Shown here one piece after another: positions 26,101 through 37,559 of a stretch of 64,000 bases of DNA. Position numbers and translations under genes: made by a program. The stretch covers positions 7,683,191 to 7,747,190 of the forward strand of contig MU062417.1 in assembly GCA_013265495.1 (NCBI GenBank), read 5' to 3'. The stretch's first letter is position 1. The number at the start of each line of letters is the position of its first letter. The DNA is from Vicugna vicugna. Lineage: Eukaryota. The notes beneath the pieces are model-generated. The model searched no databases and was not told the origin of the DNA. It worked only from the letters and a program-made list of their open reading frames with translations.

Positions 26101-27069
26101 GAAGACAGAGTTTATGTGTACTGATTTTTCTAGGCTTCTTTGGTTGAAGATTGCTCAAAGACTGTTTATTCATATTATTTGTTCAAAATTTATTTGTTTC
26201 TGTGAGGTATGTCTCTTTGAGTGTGTATTACAAATATACATATATGTATATATAATACAATGCAGAGATTGTCCATATAATATATATATACACACATATA
26301 CATACGTATATAGAGATATTCTCTGTAAGGTGGGAAACAATAACAAACAAATGAATTCTCATTCAGTGAGATTTCCAAACTCTTTAGCAATATAAAGCTA
26401 CTTAAAAATTTCTAACCTTTCAAAGGCATATTGTTAAAGCTCAATTATGGTTTTTTTTCCCCCTGGACCTCCTAGTATTAAATTAAAATGAAAGAGCAGT
26501 TAAGTATATTTGGGACACTTTATTTAAAGTGTTTTTCAATCAGGAAACAATGATTTTTTTTTTTTAAGAGTGAATCTTTGAAGTGAGTCAGCTGCTGCTC
26601 CTCTCTCCCATAATTGAAGAGAGAATTATATAGAAAGAGTCCAGGGCACTTGAGTCCTGACAAAGCTGTGATGATTAGGAGGATGAATTGTAAATGAGGA
26701 AGACAATAGGGAAGAAGGTTCCTTTGTGGAGGGAGAGAGGATGGGTGTTGCAGAAAGGACTCTTAATAATTACAGTCCAGGCTTAGAAAGCACTTGGGGA
26801 TGTGAATAATTCAGCAGCCATTAGGAAAAAAGGAAACCTTTGGTGACTGTCAATCTGTGGACACCAAGTTGTACAGTGTGGGCTCAACATCTGTGCCCTC
26901 CCCAGAATGAGCCTCGCTGATAATGGGTAGAAAACAACAAATGCATCCTGCTTGTTAAGCACTCTCAATTAAGAAAGGGACAAATATGAAATGATTTTAT
27001 TTTTCTATGATGACCAGTCCCAACCATTCTGTACCAAATCTCCCTTCCCTCTGGGGAGCAGATCCAATT

Positions 27070-27700
27070 CATTTTGGTCAGATTCCATAACTTTCAGATA
27101 CTTTCAGTTACTAAAAGACTGTCCATTTTGAACTGGACTGTCATATCTCATTCAAAGATTTCCCTGTTATCATTATATGTCAGGCTTATACTCAGGTTGG
27201 TAGGAAGTGGGGAGGCAGAACATTCCAATACTATGTCGAGCCAGCTGCTTCCTGATGGTCTGATACAACCAGGGAATCCTGTGGTCATGGCACTCCCCAG
27301 ATCCTCCTTCATGGGTCCCTTGGTTAAATGCTACATTGTGTGTGGTTCTATGATGCTCTGATTCTGTTTGCCTCTGGATGGTGGTGCTGGCTGAGGCTCT
27401 GCCAGCAGGAAAGGCAAACCCATATCCAGAGAAAGTATCTGTTGTTGTGAGAATGTATCACAGACTCTTTGAGATTGAAAGGCACCCATTGTAGCCGACT
27501 TGCCACCATGTGGCCAGTTGATCTCAAGGAATTGTGCCAATCCCAGTTTGTGTCTCTCTTGCTTCCGCGATAGACATTCAGAGGCGACAGCAGCTAGATC
27601 AGCCTTGGTAAGTGGGAGTCTCTGCTGTTGGTCCCACGCATAGCTCTCTCTCTCTGCCACTTTGCTCATGAGCCTCTTTTCCAGGCAGCTGACAAAGGCT
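27070..27700 (-). mobile_element. ERVL internal remnant, integrase region
   Basis: Minus translation YAWDQQQRLPLTKADLAAVASEC, then after a frameshift DQLATWWQVGY...TDTFSGYGFAFPAGRASASTTIQ. This matches ERVL integrase (YAWAQQHGLPLTKADLA...C; WWQVDYIG...DTYSGYGFAFP). Confidence 0.92.
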
Positions 27701-27739
27701 GGCTAAAATATATATATATTGTATATAAAATATATGTAA

Positions 27740-28245
27740 CACAAAATACACCATTAAAAATGTGGTGTTAATTATATTCATAACCATTACCACTATTTTC
27801 AAAACATTTCCATATGGAAGCTCTGCATTCATTAAGCAATAACTTTCCCCTGGTACCTCTACTGTACTTTATGTCTCCATTAATTTGCTAATTCTGGACA
27901 TCTCATGTCAGTGGAATCATAAAATATTTGTCCTTTTGTTTCAGACGTATTTCATCTGGCACAATGTTTAAAGGGCTCCTCCATGCCATGGCATCTATCA
28001 GAATGCCATTCCTTTTTATGGCTGAATGATATTACACTGTATTTATATTTACTTAATCCACTTGTCTCTTGATGGATACTTGGATTGTTTTCATCTTTGA
28101 TTTTTGTGAATAGTTCTGTTATGAACATTGGTGCACAAGTATCTGCCTAAGCCTCTGTTCTGAGTTTTGGGGGTATGTACCTAAGTATGGAATTGGCAGT
28201 TCATAGGGTAAATCTACATTTAACATTTTGAGGAACTGCCAAGTG
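27740..28245 (-). mobile_element. L1MB-type 3' end splitting the ERVL remnant
   Basis: agtggaatcataaaatatttgtccttttg...cattcctttttatggctgaatgatatt...tttaacattttgaggaactgcca. Confidence 0.9.
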
Positions 28246-28249
28246 GGTG

Positions 28250-28700
28250 CTAGTTGTCAGTCCTTTTACCCTCTGTCCAGCTACATAGCTCAAACCAGGC
28301 TGTCTTGTTAGTTTTCCACTTGACCTGTAGGGAACCCTCTCATTCCTACTGTATCAAATGTGGGAATGTAACTGCAATACACCTGTTCCTTCTTGATGTC
28401 TTGACATCTCCATCCATGAAGCTTCCCATGTTTAACTAGGTGTAGAGCAATAGGACCAGTTCTCTATTTATATGAGATGAGCAAATGGGTATCATGCCAT
28501 TTTCTTCTTCTTGCAGTCACCTCTCATCTTTACTAGGGCACTTGGCTCCGAAGAGTGTAGAACACCTCTTTCCTTTCCCTTACAGGGAACAGCCTGGTCC
28601 CACCACTGAGGAATCTCAGTACCATATGGGACACCGCTTGCCTCTTTGTCTTCAGCTTTAGTCTCTAGTCACCAATTCTGGGAGAACAGAAATGCTACTA
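28250..28700 (-). mobile_element. ERVL internal remnant, pol tether/RNase H region
   Basis: Frameshifted minus translation gives IENWSY, KLH, VPY and KTAWF, resembling ERVL IMNWVL...SKLHE...VPYDQL...TRAWF; the position is collinear with the integrase part. Confidence 0.55.
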
Positions 28701-28904
28701 ACAGTAATAGAGAACAAACAGGCAGGAGAGCTTAAGGAGTCTGTGTTCTGTGCTGTAAATACACAGAAGTCTGTTCAGCTTGACATCTTGGCTGGTGGTC
28801 ACAGAGAATAGAGCCCCATCCTGAGTGACGGCTGCTTCTCTAGTGGCAGGGCAGTGATGCCTGGGAGGGGAGGGGTGTGGTGGCGGGAAGAGCCCACATG
28901 GTTG

Positions 28905-29105
28905 TCATCAGGAAACTTGGGTTGAAATCCAACTCTGCCACGTAACTTACTGCTTGGCGTTGGGAAAGTCACTTATCCTTTGTGAGCTGTTTCCCTTGTT
29001 TTTGAAATGGATAAATCACATTTTCTCACTATGTCCTAAAAGACTGTTTTGAGGATTAAACTGGGTTATGGGTATGCAAACACATTGCAAAGTAATAAAG
29101 TGTCT
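28905..29105 (+). mobile_element. MIR SINE
   Basis: gggttgaaatccaactctgccac...ttgggaaagtcacttatcc...ttttgaggattaaa. Confidence 0.8.
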
Positions 29106-29279
29106 TCTAAAGGTAAGGTGATATGCTTGTGAAAGTAGATGGTACCCAAGGCCATTTTTGAGGGTGTTGGTTCTAAGGGTGAAAGTTAATCGAAAAACTA
29201 TACTTGTATGCTACTCTTTTCACCTACTCACTCACCACCCACCCATCCACCCATTCATCCGTTTGTTGGTTTATTCATG

Positions 29280-29550
29280 CATTTGCTCACTCACTCATTC
29301 AACAATAACGGAGCAGCTATCATGTGCTGGGTCCTAGAGATTCAAAGATGAAAGAAACATGCCTCCTGTCCTCAAAGGAGTGCCAATCTAGTAAGAGAGG
29401 ATTGCATGTAAACAGACAAACGTAACATGGTGGGATAAAGGGTTGGATGGGGTAAGTTGGAGGGTACTGGGAGCATCTTACTCCTGAGAGAGTCAGAGGA
29501 GGTAAAGATCCCAGCACATGTGAAAGCTGGGAGAGTGAACACATTTTGAA
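29280..29550 (-). mobile_element. L2 3' end
   Basis: cactcattcaacaa...tatcatgtgctgggtcc...cctgtcctcaaaggagtgccaatctag. Confidence 0.75.
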
Positions 29551-30164
29551 TTAGGCTGGACGTCTTCTGAGAATTTTCCCATGATGAAAAGTTACCTCCT
29601 GGTTTGTGTTCTCAGATGCCGCCAATTTTCCTGCCAGGCAACATCTGCTGTAGCACCTGTACGCTTCACGCTAATGATTATTAATGAAACTCGCTTCCTG
29701 CATTAGAGCCAGTTGCCGGGGAAGCAGCAGCCCAGGCCCCTCAGCACAGCTTGTGCCTCGGCCACTGCTGAAGGGACCCGGGCTTACTCGGGTGCTGTTG
29801 GGATCAACCTACCCGGTTTGGATTGTTCCTGCCTACAGCAAGCAGGGCCTTAGCTTTCCTTTCTCTTGTCTTCTCTTCCTTGAATGTTCATTTTGTATCT
29901 TTGGATTTTCAGCTCTCAGCAAAGGGGAGAAAACATTTATTTATTTATGATCCCCTCCCCCATGTTATCAATTAAAAACAACACCAACCACAAAACCAAA
30001 ACAGATTCCCATAGGGACTCACTCATTCCACCGATTTTTGCAACAGTGGGTATGAAATTCACGTTGTTGATTCCCTAACCAGAATGGTGCCTGCATTAGC
30101 CTCTTGTATGTGAGAAACAAGGACTTTCTAACTTTGATGTAAAATATGGGTTTAAGAGACTTTT

Positions 30165-30340
30165 TTCTGGAGTCAAGTAGAAGTGGCCTTGGATCTTGGA
30201 TTCAATAATTTGTACCTCTGTGACCTTGGACAAGTTGCTTACTTCTGCAAACCTTAGTTCTGTTCTAAACTCCTGTTTCCATGGGCTGTTCAGGAGAATT
30301 AAATGAGATAAGGCATGAAAAATCACTTATCATAATGCGG
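30165..30340 (+). mobile_element. MIR SINE
   Basis: ctgtgaccttggacaagttgcttacttc...gagaattaaatgagataaggcatg. Confidence 0.8.
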
Positions 30341-31039
30341 GAACATCACAGGAGCACAATAAATGAAAATATTACAACTGCTGCCCCTGCTGGTGTCCTG
30401 ATTACCCAGCACCCATCTTCTTCCTCTGGGGTTAGGTTTATCCCAAAGCACAGGAGAGGAATTGCTGGGGAAATCACCTATTTTCAGAAGCAGGAAAAGT
30501 TGAACTCTTTACTCCTTAAGACAAACATCTACATCTAAAGCACCCTGGGAGCCTTTACATATATGTTGTCTTCACCCTTTTAAATCGTGTGCTTCTTGGA
30601 GATTGCCAGCTCATGAAAATGGGGCCCGTCCTCCCATCCCGTGCTGAGTAGCAGGAGGTGCATTGACCCAATCATTCACTGGTCTCATCAGCATAACCTA
30701 AGAGTCCTGTGGTCCTTCCTCCCCTGGTGAGACAAGGCAGTCCTCAAAGTGGGTACTGAGATGTACTCCGGAGAAAATGATGCTGAACAATTAGTGTTAA
30801 AGAACTAGGCTGTGCTCTAGCTGGAGAACATTCCTTCCTTCCTGCAAAGCAGTCCTTTACATAATTGGACCTTACTTTTAAATTCCAAGTCTGTGGGATT
30901 ATTTACACACACTGTTTATTTCCTTTTTTAAGAGAGACTTGACTTTGGGCAGCACCATCATTTCCTTTCTATCGCTTATCTCTTCTCTTTACTCACATTG
31001 CTGTCACTATTATTACTCAACAAAAACAATTGCATAACA

Positions 31040-31460
31040 ACAGTAGCCGTCATGTAAGTAGTGCTTGCAGTGTGCCAGGCACTAGTCTAAATAGTGAGTG
31101 AACCGTTACAGTATCGTGACGCCTGCATTTTACAGAAGGGAAATTGAGACACTAAGGGGTCAGGGATTCCCCAATTACACAGCTAGGAAGTGGTGGAGTG
31201 ACATCTCCCACCCAGGCAGCCCAGCTGGGGAATCCCCGGTCTTTACTGCTGTTTGATTGTCTTTCATAAGTAGCATTTTATAGTTTACAAAGCAATTTCA
31301 TATACAGAATTCATTTAATCCTCATAGCCAGCTTACGAGGCAGTATTAATATTTCCTCATTTTATAGATGAGGAAACAGGGCTTTAGAAAGTCTTTTGCG
31401 ATTGGCTCAAAATATCACAGCTAGTAGCTGGAACTTGGAACTAAGGTTTCTAACTACAAA
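31040..31460 (-). mobile_element. Two adjacent MIR SINEs
   Basis: cattttacagaagggaaattgagacac and catttaatcctcatagccagc...ttttatagatgaggaaacagg cores. Confidence 0.85.
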
Positions 31461-33014
31461 TAATCTTTCTATGTAGAATGTTTATCTAGTTTGACAGAAG
31501 ATGTCAAAGAGGGTATTAGTATAGAAACTGCTTATTTAAGGAGCATTTGAATCTTGGACCCATTCATCATTTTCCGCAGTTTTGCCCCCCACCCCCACCC
31601 CCTGGCCTCGTGGGGGGAAAAAAACTGCATGCTGACATTGAAAAGTTTCTCAAATCCTGTTCTCCAAGGTCTGCTTTTTGTTTTTCTTTTTTTCCTTTCA
31701 CACAGGAAGAAAAGCTAATTGAAATGCATGCCATGGTCATCCGAACTATGAGTCAGAAGAAAAGAAACACTTAATCACTTAATGCAATGATTGTCTTTTC
31801 AAGCAAGCAAAAGGGAATAGGATGGAGGTGGGGAGCAGAGAAGAGAAGAGTGTGTAAGATATCTTATAGGAAACTCTTTGAAAACATGACTCCTTGATCT
31901 TTGCAGTTTTTTTGGAGTCCTCCTGTGTAACTCCATATGCTCCTTTCTTATCCGCTACCCAATAAAGAGAAAGCTAGCTGACGGTAGTTCTGTCAAAAGA
32001 CAAAGTCAAGTGTGTGTGTTGATACACCAGGGTCAAGCCTTCTTTATGAGAGTCCATCCAACTGGGACGATGGGCGCCATTACCCGTCTGAGCTACCCGG
32101 GTTCCTTCTGTGTTGCTTATGGGGCCAGGTTAGATTTGTTTCTTAGAGGCAAGCTTAGCTAGTAGGAGGGCAGACACTGTCTCTAACTACTGTCTGCCCA
32201 TCCCCTTCCCCGTCACCTGTTCTCTCCCTTTGTAGTTAGGCTCCAAAGTCATGGTTTATGTATATTTGTAGTTACAACTACCCTAGAAGAATCCCTCAGA
32301 TTCCCCATAAAGAACACACTCTATGAGTCTATGCAGATTACACTGTCCTAATAAATCCAATGCACAGCCAGGGTTTCCCTCTAGTGTTGAAATGAATTTC
32401 TGTTTCTTTAGCTTCTGTACTAGATGAAGTGGTTCGCTTGTGTTTTGAACGGTGTGGTTTAAACATGCTTGTCGTTAAAAATGTTATTTTTATCTGACCT
32501 TGCATATTTGAATTTGCATGAATAAATATCATCATGTTGTAAGTACCTGGGCTTGAGGCACCTGTACGTGTGGCATATGTTGAAGATAACTGATATAGCA
32601 CATTGAGTTACGCTGTGATTAAGGCAGAAGAGTTAGACCGCCACGCACCGCCAAGGATGTAACACAGTAGGGAGGATTAGGGAATTAGAGTCCAGGAATA
32701 TTTTGCAGCTTGGACTGTTCATTTTTGCATTAGACTTCTCTGAACTTCCTTTTTGTATATTAGCTAAAAGAATATGTCGTGTTCTGTCATTGACTGTTGA
32801 TTCATGTTACTCTGCTTAGTAACAGCTCTCTCAAAGTTATTTGTTCTTTATCTGCAGTTGAGAGGATTTATGTTCCCCTGCTTTTATGAAGAATTGTGTT
32901 TGTGTATGAGATATAAATACTGTAGGTATACGTAGCATTTTGAAAAGGAGCTCAAGACATAGAAAGGTTGCATATTCAAGTGAGTCTAGAGTATGTACCT
33001 GTAGTTTCTAAACT

Positions 33015-33170
33015 CAAGATGGTGTGACCTGGTAGACATCAGAAATTCCTTGAGCCTCGATTTCGTCATTTGTAAAATAGGGATAAACATACTTGACTCA
33101 TCAGCTTCAGATTTGTTGTAAGGATTTAAATAAGGCAACATGTGGGAAAGCATTTTATGAAATGAGTGCA
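33015..33170 (+). mobile_element. MIR SINE
   Basis: tgagcctcgatttcgtcatttgtaaaatagggataa...ttgtaaggatttaaataag. Confidence 0.85.
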
Positions 33171-34877
33171 GTTGCCAGAATGTAGTGATTTCCTATTATA
33201 AATATAAGAATGTTTATTTTATAATCTTAGGACATGATTTGGAACTATTTGTTGGTATCTGTATGTATTAAAAGCTCTTTTATGTTAGAGAAAAGAAGTC
33301 ACTGCATTTTTAGAGGAATTATTGAAAGGAAAAAAGAAACCCAACTAATTGTAGTAGACTGTACTAAATTAGTTAAATTTTATAAACATGAAGGAGAAGG
33401 AAAACAAGAATGGAAGAAGAAAGTAAGTTATGTTTAAGGCTATTAGTTTCACCGTTAGGTAAAGATTATGACTGTCTGGGAACATGCGGAGAGAAGTTTA
33501 TTCATGAATTGAGTTGATACGTATGACAGATCAGTTGGTAACATTGCGCATGGAAAATGGGTAATGGACAAAGGAGATGGTACTTTGCATGCTTTTCTGT
33601 AGCCTCCAGGATTTGGATAACTAGGAAGATTTCTAGTATATGTGAATGTGTCACACTTCTCAGGGATCTTTTGTTTTCAAAGATGGTCTGCTTTTTTGAA
33701 TGTTATGTCCCTGGAGTCATATGTTTTGATGATGCATTACTTATTCAGTCATCAGACATTGAATTATCCCTTAGATACTGTTTTTCCCAAAGGAGCGAAT
33801 GGACTGTTATAGCAGCTCATGAATGGAACTGACTAGCACACCAACAGATGCTCCACTCTTCCAGGTTCAAGTGAGAGGGAAAAAGGCTCAGTCCATTCTG
33901 TCTTAATGTCTAGCAGACTTCCTAGTGATTCAGACAGTTTTTCAATATTACAAACAGAAATGATCTTAAAGAACTTTTAGACAAATTTCTTCATCTTATT
34001 TGCATATGATCACATAGCTAATTTGTTAAAGTCTGGCATCCATTTTCTACTTAGCTACTAATTCAACAAAAAATAAAATGAAAATAAAAATAAGACACAG
34101 TAAATTTGGGACAGCAATTTTCTGGTTTGATTGAACACATTGTTTGGATTAATTATAAACTTGCCAAGTTTCCACCTTAACCTGTGCTATGAAGGAAACC
34201 TACTGGCATTTACCTTAGAAATATGAGCTTTCTTTGAGTAAAATAGCATTAAAGTTTATTCTTTTTTATTAAAGCAACAAGAATATAATTTTTAATGCCA
34301 GAAAGGTCAGCTGTAGTACAGCTACCAAAAGAAAAGTCAAGAGGAGTTTATTTTTTTCTAACTTGAAGGTCTTTCGGTGTTAGATGGCAGGAGTAGCTAC
34401 TAAATCAGCTCCTAGGAAGGTTCTGAATTTGAAGAAAACATTGGGAGCCGTGATAGTTTAAATATAGTTTAAAATTTAAATGTCAAAGACTCTTTGACAT
34501 TCCTCCCTTAATCTCCCTCTACTGTGGGCTGGACTTAGTGACTGTCCTCTAACAAATCCAATAAAGCACAAATACTGATGTGTGGCTTTGAAGGCGAGGT
34601 CATAAAAAGGCTTGCAGCTTCCTCCCTGATCCCTTTCTTCTATTGCTGGGTCTGGGTGATGTTAGCTTCCGTATTGTGAGGCTAATCATGTGCCCACTCA
34701 CGGAGGACCATGTAAGTGAGAAACTGAAGTCTTCTGCCAGTAGCTGGAGGCATCTGTCCCATAGCGATGTAAGTGCACCATCTTGGAAGCAGATCGTTTA
34801 GCCCCAGTCGGTAGACCCTACTGAAATCTGGCTACATCTACCTGAGACACATTGTGCCTGAACCACTTAGCTAAGCC

Positions 34878-34991
34878 CAAGGTGATTAGCTCATCCTGGC
34901 TTGCCTAGAACTTTTTTGGTTTTAGCACTGAAAATCCCATGTCCCAGGAACCCCCTGAGTCCTAGGCAAACTAGAATGTTGTGTCACTGTA
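34878..34991. mobile_element. MER81 (hAT-Blackjack MITE)
   Basis: About 114 bp: ggtga...ggttttagcactgaaaatcccatgtcccaggaaccccctgagtcctaggcaaac...gtcac matches MER81. Confidence 0.85.
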
Positions 34992-35056
34992 ATCTTTCCT
35001 CAATTCGTAACCCACAGAAACTGTGAAATAATCGTTGTTTTAAGCAACTACGTTTT

Positions 35057-35484
35057 TTTAGAATTTTTTCCTTCCTTTTTAAAAATTGATATATAGTTGA
35101 TTTATAATGTTTCAAGTGTACAGCAAAGTGATTCAGTTTTATTTATATATATATTTCAAATTCTTTCTCATTATAGGTTATTACAAGATATTGAATATTG
35201 TTCCCTGTGCTATACAGTAGGTTCTTGTCTATCTGTTTTATACATAGTAGTAGTGTGTATCTTCTGATCCCAAATTCTCAATTTATCCCTACCCCTCTTC
35301 CCCTTTGGTAACTGTAAATTTGTTTTCTATGTCTGTGAGTCTATTTTTGTTTTGTAAATAAATTCCTTTGTATCATTTTTCAGATTTCACGTGTAAGTGT
35401 TACCTTATGGTATTTGGCCTTCCCTGTCTGACTTACTTTTCTTAGTATAATAATCTCTAGGTCCACCCATGGTTGCTGCAAATG
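35057..35484 (-). mobile_element. 5'-truncated L1 3' end with target-site duplication
   Basis: Antisense L1 terminus; flanking direct repeats TTAAGCAACTACGTTTT (35040-35056) and TTAAGCCGCTACATTTT (35485-35501). Confidence 0.9.
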
Positions 35485-35769
35485 TTAAGCCGCTACATTT
35501 TGGGTTAGTTTGTTATGCAGCAATAGATACTCATACCAGAGCCACTGTTTAATACTGGTGGTGGTTGAAGCACCAAAATGCAGAAATGAAAATTTGTCTC
35601 AGCTACTCCTTTACACAGTCTTGAAATTCAGACACTGACTCTAGTCTTCATAATCTAACATATAACTGGCTGAAAACCCAGTCATTTTATCCACTGTCTT
35701 ATGATTTTTTTCCCCTACATTTTATAGTTGTTTTGACACCTGGTGGATACTTATACTTCCTAGCAGTGT

Positions 35770-35910
35770 TAATATATAGTGTATGCAGACTCCCTGCCTT
35801 AGGGTCATCTGGACAATATGTTAAGATGCAGATTCCCAGCCCCATTCTATTCTGGGGTAGGTGAGGATCAGAATTTCGGGTGCTAGTTAGACTTTTCAGG
35901 TGGTTCTTAG
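35770..35910. mobile_element. MER5A-like hAT fragment
   Basis: gttaagatgcagattcccagcccc...tcaggtggttctta. Confidence 0.7.
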
Positions 35911-37259
35911 ACACCGATTTAAGAAAAAATGATTTTAAAAATCCTGCTACTATCCACTAACTTTCAAGCTGATCACAGAAGTAATACTTTGACGATAATG
36001 TGTAATGAAAGAGCTGTTATTGATAATAGGATTACAATTACCCTCGGTTTCAATCTTCTTAATTTCACCGGGGGAGGCAGAGGAATGCATACTGACAGAG
36101 CAGATGGATGAGTTTAATGATTGCTTTCAGGAGATGGTTTAATAGGTCAGCAAACCTGCTGTGGACTCATTTTGGGAAGCGCCTGGTGTTGTCTGGTGAT
36201 GAGAGGAGAGGAAACAATTGGAAGTCCACTGGCTGGGAGGCACTGGTGCATGTTTCCCCTTCCTCGTGAAATGATGCAGACATCAGAAGGCCCAACTCAT
36301 CTGTTACAAATCCAAACAATTGTTACTGCAGTCAGGCTGTTTTTGAAGGGAGATGAGTAAACGGAAGACAAATTGAGGAGGCACAGAAGAGCCCAAATGA
36401 GAAAAACGATTGCAGTTCCAGCCTGATGACAAATATGAGTAATAAACACGCCCCCTTGCTAGGATACGCATCTTCACTAATGAAACGCTCTACAGGTTGT
36501 ACAAATGCGTCCATCATGAAGGAGGAGAGTATACCAAAGCGAAATCACTAGGGAAAGCAGCTCCTCTCAGGAAGGATGTGATATACAGCTGAAGCAGCAG
36601 ATGGACGCTAGTGGAAGAAAAGGAAAAGGGAGGCTGTGAGGTGCACCTGTGCTAATAGACACAGAGAGCAGGAGGTCAAGGAGATAGAACAGAGCCGGAA
36701 GGAAATGAATCTCAAATAGCATATTTTTCTCTTTCTGATGCACACATTTAGTTAGCAGAGATTTGATTAGCTTCAGTTCCATTAAATTGAATTCAACTCA
36801 GTTCAACATTATTAACTTCAGAACTTCATTTAGGCGCTGAGGTTATCCAGGAATGAGTAAAGTAATATTTATATCCTGAAGGAGTTTAGAATCCAGAGGG
36901 CAAGGGTGAGGAAGAGTAAATAAATATATAACCACCTAGTGTGAGGTTTATACCAGTCTCTGCTAGGAGATAAACTCGTGCCCTTCAGGGCGTCCTGAAG
37001 GGGCCTGAAGGGTATTTCCTGTGTCCTTCCGCGTGAATGAAGGAGGAAACAATCCGCGGAACTAACCCAGCGCATCTACAAAATTCAGACAATTGTGTTG
37101 TCGTTGAGTTGTTGTCTCAGATTTTTGAAGTTGCTGCTTTTTATTTCTCCAGAAGGAAAATATTAGAGGAGGTTATTTAGTGAAAATTATCTGGAGAAAG
37201 TATTTCTTTCTGACACCTCTTCTTTACACTGTAGCAGATGTTTATAAGCATACAGATTT

Positions 37260-37390
37260 CTCTAATCCTCAGAATAGTTATGTGGAGTAGCTCCCATTAG
37301 CTACATTTTAGAGATGATGAAAAGAGGTTGAGACAGTTTAAATGGAATATGTTGCCCAAGGTCACCCAGCTAGAAAAGGGTGAAGCTGCT
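37260..37390 (-). mobile_element. MIR SINE
   Basis: taatcctcagaatag...cattttagagatgatgaaa...tgcccaaggtcacccagctag. Confidence 0.75.
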
Positions 37391-37559
37391 GTTGTAACCC
37401 ATGCCTTTCTAATGTCATTATCTGCCTCTTAAAAGCTCTTCTGTTGCCTTTGTAGATAGCATGGGAGGGGAAAGAAATAAGTGCTAAGTAAATGTACAAA
37501 TAAGCTAAAGGCATCCGAATGAAGAGGCAGTTTTTTTCTGACGTGGGGTTAGCTAATCC

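Larger units (their letters stand above)
34450..35537 (+). mobile_element. MLT1F/G-type MaLR LTR, split by MER81 and an L1 tail
   Basis: tctttgacattcctccc...aggtcataaaaaggcttgcagcttcc...gccatcttggaagcagatc-like core...ttgttatgcagcaatagata end. Confidence 0.8.

Noticed and set aside
25955-26395. Longest ORF in the track (146 aa)
   Set aside because: Runs through L2-like sequence and a TA-rich low-complexity tract; no recognisable domain, GTG start, biased composition.
31585-31617. C-tracts suggesting a G-quadruplex
   Set aside because: Only three C-runs on one strand, so not a canonical four-tract motif.
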